DNA of 64,000 nt, from the sequence record MK599315.1. One strand, given 5' to 3'. The position numbers and the translations under genes are program-made. Numbering within the stretch: the first letter of the stretch is position 1; each line of letters begins with the position of its first letter. The notes under the pieces are model-generated. The model was given only the letters and a program-made list of their open reading frames with translations, did no database searches and was not told the origin of the DNA. This document shows, one piece after another, positions 56,890 through 64,000 of this stretch.

Positions 56890-58518
56890 GTGATGGACCC
56901 GTACGTAATCAGTAGGATTGATGGTGTCATACCCAAGCTAAATAAAGATTTAGCCAATGGGCTTGCAGTAAAGCACATGATGGAGATCAACCCAGAAACA
57001 GGCATGAACGCAACTCGTGCATATGTTGATAAGTTGTTTGAAATCAACTCGGCGCTATTCCCTGCTGACTTCAAGTATCATGGAAACCGTCTGTGTAAAC
57101 CCGAAGTTCATTTCGAAGAGATAACTCGTGAGTATGGCTCTAAGCGTGTAGCAAATATCGCCGAGAGTAATACGTACATGATCGAGCTGATCACTAGCTA
57201 TAAAGGCGAAATGATGTTCCCACGAAGGGTACTATTGCCATATGTTCGTGATGGTGGTATCTGTACGCTCAATGGTGCAACCTATTCGATCTCTCCGGTG
57301 TTGACTGATGTTGGCTTCTCGGTATTGAATGGCAGTATCTTCATTCCATTCCGGCGTGCCAAACTGACGTTTAAGCAAGTTGACCACCACTACATGTGTA
57401 ATGGTCAGCGTGAAGTGATGTATGTGATCTGGTCTCAGATTCACAACGAAATGTCTAAGCGCACTAAACGTGATCTGGATAACCGGCAGCACATCGAGTC
57501 GTGTCTTGCACATTACTTCTTCTGTGAGTTTGGTGTCGTTGAAACGTTCAAGCGTTGGGCTGGAGTAGATATTCAAATTGGATATCTGAAAGACTTTCCT
57601 GAGTCTCAGTATCCGCGTGATCAATGGAACGTTTATGAATCTGCGGTTCTGAAACGTCGTCATCCAACTGGAGATATGGTTCTGGTTCTACCCAAAGACA
57701 AGGAGACAGACTTTGTCCGTCGACTCGTTGCAGGGTTCTGGTACGTCGTAGATGCATTCCCAAGCCGGTTCTACGAGCCGAGCTACATGGATAATAAACA
57801 GCTATGGCGAATCATTCTCGGTCTGATGATCTTTGGTGACTTCGAGCACCAAGGTAAAATTGCTGAGAACATTGAATCTCACCTGGATAGCTTCAACAAC
57901 TCTCTGGATGAGATGACTATTGAAGAACTTCGTTCAGTTGGAGTGAAAGTCAATACCATCTGGGAACTGCTATATGCGATCATGACAGATATGGCACATC
58001 ATCTGTATGCCACTGACATTGATGAAACTAGTATGTACGACAAACGCCTGAGTATTCTTAGGTATGTGATGGCAGAGTTTAACTATGCTGTCTCCATGTT
58101 TGCGTATACGTTCCAAGGTCGTAAAGATAAAGAGTGGACTGGACAGGAAATCAACGATGCCCTGAAACGTTCATTCAAACTCAATACGTGCATTAAGAAA
58201 CTTACCAGTGAACACGGTGAGCTCGACACACTGTCGTCTCCTGGTGATAGCAAGGTTATTAAAGTAACCTCGATCCTTGTACCGCAGGATCGCGCGAAGA
58301 CTTCTAAAGCACACAACAAATCACTAATCGGTGATAGCTCTCGTTTAATCCACGCTTCGATCGCGGAGGTGGGCCAATACAAAAACCAACCGAAAAACAA
58401 CCCGGATGGTCGTGGCCGACTAAACCTCTTCGTCGGAGTTAGATACGACGGATTGGTTGAACGACGTGAAGAATATCGTGAACTTATTGACAAAGCTCAA
58501 CAACGTTTTGTCTCTTAA
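56890..58518 (+). CDS. Non-virion RNA polymerase beta-like subunit (phiKZ gp123-like)
   Basis: 542 aa; LPYVRDGG...LNGATYSISPVL and HASIAEVGQ...PDGRGRLN beta-subunit-type motifs; synteny after the capsid gene. Confidence 0.9.
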   Translation: MMDPYVISRIDGVIPKLNKDLANGLAVKHMMEINPETGMNATRAYVDKLFEINSALFPADFKYHGNRLCKPEVHFEEITREYGSKRVANIAESNTYMIELITSYKGEMMFPRRVLLPYVRDGGICTLNGATYSISPVLTDVGFSVLNGSIFIPFRRAKLTFKQVDHHYMCNGQREVMYVIWSQIHNEMSKRTKRDLDNRQHIESCLAHYFFCEFGVVETFKRWAGVDIQIGYLKDFPESQYPRDQWNVYESAVLKRRHPTGDMVLVLPKDKETDFVRRLVAGFWYVVDAFPSRFYEPSYMDNKQLWRIILGLMIFGDFEHQGKIAENIESHLDSFNNSLDEMTIEELRSVGVKVNTIWELLYAIMTDMAHHLYATDIDETSMYDKRLSILRYVMAEFNYAVSMFAYTFQGRKDKEWTGQEINDALKRSFKLNTCIKKLTSEHGELDTLSSPGDSKVIKVTSILVPQDRAKTSKAHNKSLIGDSSRLIHASIAEVGQYKNQPKNNPDGRGRLNLFVGVRYDGLVERREEYRELIDKAQQRFVS

Positions 58519-58541
58519 ACTTCTCAAATAGGAAAAGTCAG

Positions 58542-60605
58542 ATGTACAACCAACAAGCTCAACTCCCGGTATCCTGCCAACAAGTCGATCAGAGTACCTT
58601 TAATGGTAATCTGCCTCATGGCAATGACCGGGTACCTCAACTCCAACTCAGCCAGAACCTGATGAATAACCAACAGCTGGTGCTCATGGCTATTGGTCTG
58701 TTCCGTGGGCTTGCGCAATCGTCGGTTGGAAAAAGCAACCTTCATATTTTCGCGTACAACCTGCTGTCGTCGAACTGGTTCCAAAACCAGATCTTCCAAC
58801 AATGGTGTCAGCACCTGGTGGATTTCGTTGAGTTCCTGTGTGTCTGCAAGAACTACAGTCAGACGGATGCTCCGCCGAAAGCTGCACAGCGTATGTATGA
58901 AGCGTTCCTTGGTCAATGCGTTGCATCGTATCCTGCTCTCGTGCAAATGGGTGCAGTTCCGCAACATATGTTCCAAGGTCTGCAAACTGCTCAAGCCATG
59001 TATCAGCAGATCCTCCAAGAGATTCAAGCGTACAAATCTGGTAACTATCGTCCCCAACAACAGCAAATGGGAATGATGGGTCAACCGCAAGGTATCCAGA
59101 TGGCAGGTAATTTGCCTCCCATTAACCCAGGTAACATGGGTCAGTTCGCAACAACCACCCAAGCTACTTTCTCTCAACCCGCTGGTACTTATGGCGCAGC
59201 GCCAAACACGGTATCGAGCACCACCAGTTCGTATTACGATGATACTCCGGCTGCATCTGCTCCCCTGATGCCGAAGGAAGAGATCAGTACTGATATTTAC
59301 GGTGGCTACTCCCATCAACAGGAGCAACAACCGATGTACAGTCAACAACCGCAAGTGCAAAATACACCCGTTGTGGAAGATACTGATCTCCCTGTTCCGA
59401 TCGACGTATCTCAGGTGATGATCGATCCGATGTATTACCAACCTACTGGTTTCCGTGTAAACATCGCTCGTCCTTACGATGAGATTCATAACCCTGGGGG
59501 AATTCTGATTAAACCGGCACAACTGGTTGATTGGGAACGGACCGTTGGTGATGAAGATCCGTACAGTCCTCTGGTTGATCCGGAACACTATTGCCGTTTC
59601 TTCGTCAAGTTCCCCGATGGTGTAGTAAAAGAGAAATTCATTGAATGGAACCCGCAAATGGAATACCTGAAACACGAACTGAATGATGACCTGCGTCGTC
59701 GTGAATATCGTCCTAACGGTGTGGTATATGCTTCCACCACTCCCATCTCTACTATCGGTGGAGATGCAATGGGTATTGAAGAAGTAGAAAGCCTCGTCAA
59801 GGATAATGAACTCGGTGAAGCGGCGGCAATGCGTCCGATCATTCTTGATAATAAGATGTTCATGGGTGCTAACGATCTCGAAAACGAATCTGAAGCACGT
59901 GCTGCTGTTCGGGAACTCCTGAACATTGGTGACGACGAAGAATCGCAGTCGATCACACTGCCTGCACACGAATATAAATCGATGAGCATCTATCACATGG
60001 ATGTTAGCGATGAAACCTTCGAGCAGCTGAGTAATCTGCGTAACTATACCGATCTGATCGGGATTGCTACCGAACTGAAAGAAATGGTAAATCGCGGTCA
60101 ACTGAGCATCCGCTATTTCCGTTTCCTGAATGATCGTCTGACCGATTCCATCAATGACTTCATGGCAGATAGCCTGTCGATCCAAAATATCACCATCAGT
60201 GATTTCGCACATGACATCGGTGATCTGCTGGATTACATCAGTAACAAGAAAGGTGTGCAAGTACTGCAAATCATCAAAGCGTGTGCAGCTCAAATTATCG
60301 CTCGTTCGGTAACGATGGCTGAGGTTGATGATATCCGTGGTGTTGCTGACCAGTATGTCAACTTCCAGGTAGGTTGGACTCTGGAACAGATGGCTACTCT
60401 GAACGTTCTGACTGAGAAAGCTGTTCTTGTTTCCGAGGGAACCCATCCGACTGTCCGTGAAGTACTGAAAGGTATGATCACTCGCGCAACCGCATCTGGC
60501 CTTGCCAATGTTCGTATGCGTCTGATCACCGTTGATGGTGTGTACATGGAAGTTATTCGTGGTCGTCTGACCGAGAAAGCTGTCCTGCTGAAACGTCTGA
60601 AGTAA
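58542..60605 (+). CDS. Conserved phiKZ-like protein with Q/P/G-rich disordered central region
   Basis: 687 aa; RBS TAGGA; cotranscribed with the RNAP subunit gene. Confidence 0.8.
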   Translation: MYNQQAQLPVSCQQVDQSTFNGNLPHGNDRVPQLQLSQNLMNNQQLVLMAIGLFRGLAQSSVGKSNLHIFAYNLLSSNWFQNQIFQQWCQHLVDFVEFLCVCKNYSQTDAPPKAAQRMYEAFLGQCVASYPALVQMGAVPQHMFQGLQTAQAMYQQILQEIQAYKSGNYRPQQQQMGMMGQPQGIQMAGNLPPINPGNMGQFATTTQATFSQPAGTYGAAPNTVSSTTSSYYDDTPAASAPLMPKEEISTDIYGGYSHQQEQQPMYSQQPQVQNTPVVEDTDLPVPIDVSQVMIDPMYYQPTGFRVNIARPYDEIHNPGGILIKPAQLVDWERTVGDEDPYSPLVDPEHYCRFFVKFPDGVVKEKFIEWNPQMEYLKHELNDDLRRREYRPNGVVYASTTPISTIGGDAMGIEEVESLVKDNELGEAAAMRPIILDNKMFMGANDLENESEARAAVRELLNIGDDEESQSITLPAHEYKSMSIYHMDVSDETFEQLSNLRNYTDLIGIATELKEMVNRGQLSIRYFRFLNDRLTDSINDFMADSLSIQNITISDFAHDIGDLLDYISNKKGVQVLQIIKACAAQIIARSVTMAEVDDIRGVADQYVNFQVGWTLEQMATLNVLTEKAVLVSEGTHPTVREVLKGMITRATASGLANVRMRLITVDGVYMEVIRGRLTEKAVLLKRLK

Positions 60606-60613
60606 ACATAAAG

Positions 60614-60631
60614 GCCCCTCTTCGGAGGGGC
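60614..60631 (+). terminator. cUUCGg hairpin terminator
   Basis: GCCCCTC-TTCG-GAGGGGC-TTCTTT. Confidence 0.75.
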
Positions 60632-60650
60632 TTCTTTAGAGGAGTAGGAC

Positions 60651-61061
60651 ATGCTGTCATTTGACAATGGAGTAGGTACAGAGTTCATAGCTTTGAATCG
60701 ACTTCCTGAATACATGCGTACAGATTACGAAAGTTCCAAGTTCAGTAACGCTGTACGTGACGGTACTATTGCTTGTGAGTATGGACATCCAAAACTGACA
60801 GGCAACGCTGAAACAGATTACAAACGAGCCACGTCTATTAATTGCAATAACGGCGCTGCTTTAGTAATCGGTATCGATCCAGTACACGAAAAGGCTAAAC
60901 TCATCGGCTTCAATGTGTATATCCGTCCATTCGGTCCGTTCCATGATCGGATACACGCGATGATCAAAAAAGGTATCCCAATGCGTCTGGGTGTCCGTGG
61001 TCTTAAGAACGCAGATGGTATCTTGAAAGAAATCATCACGTTCGATATTTTGTCCGATTGA
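60651..61061 (+). CDS. Short prohead-protease-like paralog (T4 gp21 / phiKZ gp175 type), probably inactive
   Basis: CEYGHPK, IRPFGP and IITFD motifs; LGVRG where active members have a Ser (S-x-R). Confidence 0.65.
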   Translation: MLSFDNGVGTEFIALNRLPEYMRTDYESSKFSNAVRDGTIACEYGHPKLTGNAETDYKRATSINCNNGAALVIGIDPVHEKAKLIGFNVYIRPFGPFHDRIHAMIKKGIPMRLGVRGLKNADGILKEIITFDILSD

Positions 61062-61066
61062 TAATT

Positions 61067-61091
61067 AGCCCCTCATTAGAGGGGCTTTATG
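61067..61091 (+). terminator. Intrinsic terminator
   Basis: AGCCCCTC-ATTA-GAGGGGCT-TTATG. Confidence 0.8.
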
Positions 61092-61110
61092 TCCCTCTAG
61101 GAGTAATGTA

Positions 61111-61650
61111 ATGAAATTCGAAAAACTTCCGAATGCTAAGTTCCGTGTAACTATCTCTTTCGAAGAGATGCGCCAACGTATGGCAGAAGGTCTTCGTCGT
61201 GATCTAGCACTTCTGGGTAAAGAACGGGTTGAGGCTATTGTAGAACATGCTCGAACGTTGAGTCAGTTGTATCTCTGGGAAAACTCGTCTTTCGTTAAGA
61301 AGAATGAACTCCTGATGTCCGGTATGGAACTTGGTCACCCCAATGTAATCGTATCTTCGCCAGAGAATATGATTCTACGTGGCATGGTTATAGATGCTAA
61401 CCGTGTGTGCGCCACTATCGATAACTGGCATATCCGTCAAGGTAACAGTATCGATACTTCACATGCATTGATCTTGGACATTACCTCCGCTGGTCCTCTG
61501 GAACGTGATATGAATGCCCTTTACGATCTCCTACCCTTGGCAGTGGGTTTCCGTTATCAGTTGAATGAACGTGAGCAAGTAGCTGATATCGTGGGTGTAG
61601 ATATCCTCTATAAAGACGATTTCGATAACCCTGTATTTAAAGATAAATAA
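61111..61650 (+). CDS. Hypothetical protein
   Basis: 179 aa; RBS TAGGAG. Confidence 0.75.
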   Translation: MKFEKLPNAKFRVTISFEEMRQRMAEGLRRDLALLGKERVEAIVEHARTLSQLYLWENSSFVKKNELLMSGMELGHPNVIVSSPENMILRGMVIDANRVCATIDNWHIRQGNSIDTSHALILDITSAGPLERDMNALYDLLPLAVGFRYQLNEREQVADIVGVDILYKDDFDNPVFKDK

Positions 61651-61654
61651 AGCC

Positions 61655-61674
61655 TATATCACAGAGGTGATATA
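61655..61674 (+). promoter_or_regulatory. Perfectly palindromic early-promoter-type element
   Basis: TATATCAC-AGAG-GTGATATA, 30 nt upstream of ATG 61704. Confidence 0.7.
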
Positions 61675-61703
61675 AATACACCCTATCAAAAGGAAATTGC
61701 AAA

Positions 61704-62408
61704 ATGAACCAAGTCATCAACGCTGTAAAATCTATGTTCATTCCGTCCCATCGCGAAGTGTTCGGCAATGCAATTCGTGATGTAGAACATGATGTTGATT
61801 TCTTTGAAACAATAATGGATACCTGTAGTTATAATCCAACCGAGCTCCCTAAAGCCAAAGGAGAAAGTATGTCTATTGATGTCCTTACTGTTGATGATCT
61901 TCCTTTGCGGGGTGATCCGGAAGTAACTTACAAAGTGACCTCCACTTTGGATTTGTATCGCTGGGTTAATGGGGAGTATGTAGTATATAACCCCTATCTC
62001 GATCCGGTGGTCCAAAGCTCCGGTGAAAAATCGGTGATCGTTGATCCAACTGCAACTCTACCGCACCTGACCGAAGAACATCTCCGTAAAGGAGGTGATA
62101 TCCGATTGGCTATGGTCTATAATGTCAGAGCCCTTCGTGAAGATCTTCGTCGCATGGAGCTCCTGAACATTTCCATGGAATCACTGTTGCCTCGCAACCT
62201 CCGTGTCAAAGACCTCGATGTTCCGGGTATGTTCCTCTCCACCAATCACACCATTCTGACTCGTCAACTGAAGTCCATTATGCGTGGTAAAGGTAACTAT
62301 GACAAATACGTCGTAGAGGGTCTTGCACGTATGGGTGTTGATGTTTGGTATGATGAAGCTAAACGTAAAGTTGGCTTTAAAGATGGCACTTTTGTGGCGA
62401 TGGTGTAA
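61704..62408 (+). CDS. Hypothetical protein
   Basis: 234 aa; RBS AAAAGGAAATT. Confidence 0.8.
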   Translation: MNQVINAVKSMFIPSHREVFGNAIRDVEHDVDFFETIMDTCSYNPTELPKAKGESMSIDVLTVDDLPLRGDPEVTYKVTSTLDLYRWVNGEYVVYNPYLDPVVQSSGEKSVIVDPTATLPHLTEEHLRKGGDIRLAMVYNVRALREDLRRMELLNISMESLLPRNLRVKDLDVPGMFLSTNHTILTRQLKSIMRGKGNYDKYVVEGLARMGVDVWYDEAKRKVGFKDGTFVAMV

Positions 62409-62681
62409 ATGTCTGTCTTCGGTTATGTATTGACGTGGACTCAGGAATTTCACATGTGGTTCCTGATAGCTGTTCTCGCTGCTTTCTTTGCTCTTTATCT
62501 AAATCATCGGTTTAGGTATCTCATCTACGTGCCATTTGAAAAGATTGGCAAACGTGATTTCATTAAGATGTCCCTTACTTCAATTACAATGCTGTTGTGT
62601 ATTGTCGTTGTATTTGGGGCTACTCTACGAATGATCGAGATGAAAGAGATCGATAGAGTATGGTCGATTGAACAGCGATGA
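62409..62681 (+). CDS. Small two-pass membrane protein
   Basis: 90 aa, two hydrophobic helices; abuts the previous stop. Confidence 0.75.
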   Translation: MSVFGYVLTWTQEFHMWFLIAVLAAFFALYLNHRFRYLIYVPFEKIGKRDFIKMSLTSITMLLCIVVVFGATLRMIEMKEIDRVWSIEQR

Positions 62682-62694
62682 GTAACAACATATC

Positions 62695-62735
62695 CGCCCT
62701 CTCCGTTCGGGAGAGGCGATATGCTTTATTTTTTT
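62695..62735. terminator. Bidirectional terminator
   Basis: Imperfect GC hairpin (CGCCCTCTCC...GGGAGAGGCG) plus a T-tract, between convergent genes. Confidence 0.7.
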
Positions 62736-63164
62736 TTATTTCTCGAAACTTAATTCAACTTGTGAAGTTGGAATGTAGGCTAGAGAACGAGTAGTGGGTT
62801 TTAAAATAACCGTATTACCAGTTAGAGGACCATCTAGGAATTCATCAGTATCGACGGGTACAGTCACTTTATCACGGAGTACTTTAATAACATCATGGAT
62901 AGTTGAATAATCAATTCTCTTCCCTGGAATAACAACCCCATTGAGAGCTTCTTCAATTCGATATCGATTAAAGAATATTTGTTTCTGTCCTTTAAAATAC
63001 TTGCTTGTCCCAACAGCCTGAATAGTAGCTCTTGAGTTATTACCGTTCTGCAACCATATTTCAATACCAGTCCAAATAACATCCTCAGGACGAATAGCTG
63101 GATCCAACTTGTTCTGAATACTAAACTGTTGGAGTAGTTTAGATTTCATGTTTTTAACGTGCAT
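62736..63164 (-). CDS. Virion structural protein, tail-fibre-associated family of phiKZ-like phages
   Basis: 142 aa; F-x-G-x4-F-F-N-R-Y-x-I and S-L-A-Y-I motifs typical of this repeat family. Confidence 0.6.
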   Translation of the reverse strand: MHVKNMKSKLLQQFSIQNKLDPAIRPEDVIWTGIEIWLQNGNNSRATIQAVGTSKYFKGQKQIFFNRYRIEEALNGVVIPGKRIDYSTIHDVIKVLRDKVTVPVDTDEFLDGPLTGNTVILKPTTRSLAYIPTSQVELSFEK

Positions 63165-63173
63165 CTCTACTCC

Positions 63174-63998
63174 TTAGTTATAATGAATTCTAATTTCGCC
63201 AACGACATCCTGACATAAAGTTTTATGTAACTCGATAACAAGTACATTTTGTATATCAGTACGCCCACTAAATCGAGGTAGTACAATGCCATTATAAATG
63301 ATCCTGTACTTTAGAACCCCTATTTCTTCAGTATAAGCGATGTTGTGAGAAGCTGGTGTCTTTGATGCTGTCCAAGGTTTATTCGTCACCTCGGCGAGAA
63401 TAGCGGCCATCTTCTTAGGATCCGGATGGGTACCAGCCTTTGTTAGATGACGAAGATACTCTCTATGTTCACTAAAGTCATATCCAGTGATGTAATAAGT
63501 ACCATTGATCAGTGAAAGATCATTAGCTTTAACATTGTCAGGTTTACCTACGTCAGGGAATTCAACTTTACTGAAAGTAGATAATTCCTTTCGTAGTGTA
63601 TTAATCAAACGAACCCGAAGAAAACCTACAAAACGAAGAGACTTTTTATTCGCATGGAGAATGAATTCTTGGTTGAATACATTATACTCGGTATGTTCGA
63701 AATCATCTACATCAAAAACAATGTTATTTAACTCGGATAATTTTTCGACAACCTTTAAACTGGAATATGGAGTATCCACATTCGATAAATCAAGCACTTG
63801 GGTTTGTCTAAAAAATGTCGTCAAATCTAATCGATCGTACGTATAAGTATCGAGTTCGACTTCCGGTAGTAAGTTACCGGAAGCCTTACTGCGATTTACA
63901 CTTATAACAATACGAGTCTTGGTACCACCCAGTGATTCGAACTGTTCAAGCTTAGTACTACCCGGAAACAATTGGGTAAAACAAGCATCGTTGATCAT
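63174..63998 (-). CDS. Virion structural protein (gp127/128 region); may extend beyond the window
   Basis: 274+ aa; YTYDRLDLTTFF and SLRFVG motifs; ATG lies 2 nt from the window edge. Confidence 0.65.
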   Translation of the reverse strand: MINDACFTQLFPGSTKLEQFESLGGTKTRIVISVNRSKASGNLLPEVELDTYTYDRLDLTTFFRQTQVLDLSNVDTPYSSLKVVEKLSELNNIVFDVDDFEHTEYNVFNQEFILHANKKSLRFVGFLRVRLINTLRKELSTFSKVEFPDVGKPDNVKANDLSLINGTYYITGYDFSEHREYLRHLTKAGTHPDPKKMAAILAEVTNKPWTASKTPASHNIAYTEEIGVLKYRIIYNGIVLPRFSGRTDIQNVLVIELHKTLCQDVVGEIRIHYN

Positions 63999-64000
63999 GT

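Noticed and set aside
4549-58518. Inteins, introns or homing endonucleases in RNAP, polymerase, helicase or capsid genes
   Set aside because: Lengths fit uninterrupted homologs, and I saw no intein terminal motifs or HNH, GIY-YIG or LAGLIDADG motifs.
58524-60446. 640-aa antisense ORF
   Set aside because: Same codon-bias shadow of the + strand 687-aa gene.

Overview
64-kb segment of a phiKZ-related (Chimalliviridae-type, nucleus-forming) jumbo phage genome, probably infecting Pseudomonas. Gene order and recognisable motifs follow the phiKZ gp76-gp128 region. The core genes are a virion RNAP beta-prime fragment (gp80-like), the exonuclease/motif-A half of a split family-B DNA polymerase (gp82-like), baseplate and head genes, a tandem array of inner-body/ejection paralogs with acidic propeptides, a DnaB-like helicase (gp118-like), the major capsid protein (gp120-like) and a non-virion RNAP beta fragment (gp123-like). 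Accessory islands at 1-0.9, 7.4-9.1, 12.9-13.2, 38.1-50.2 and 60.6-62.7 kb carry many small membrane proteins, quasi-palindromic TATAT(T/C)AC early promoters and candidate anti-defence proteins (DarG-type macrodomain, NADAR-like, Gp49/Sf6-gp66-like). Nine apparent single-base deletions (eight in genes, one in a hairpin arm) split or truncate genes and are most likely sequencing errors. The most unusual observation is an in-frame 27-codon extension after the capsid UGA stop, with three 8-residue RxLE(N/D)G-type repeats, which suggests stop-codon readthrough. phiKZ gp numbers come from remembered synteny and motifs, not database searches. I saw no tRNA, rRNA, CRISPR array, intron or transposase.
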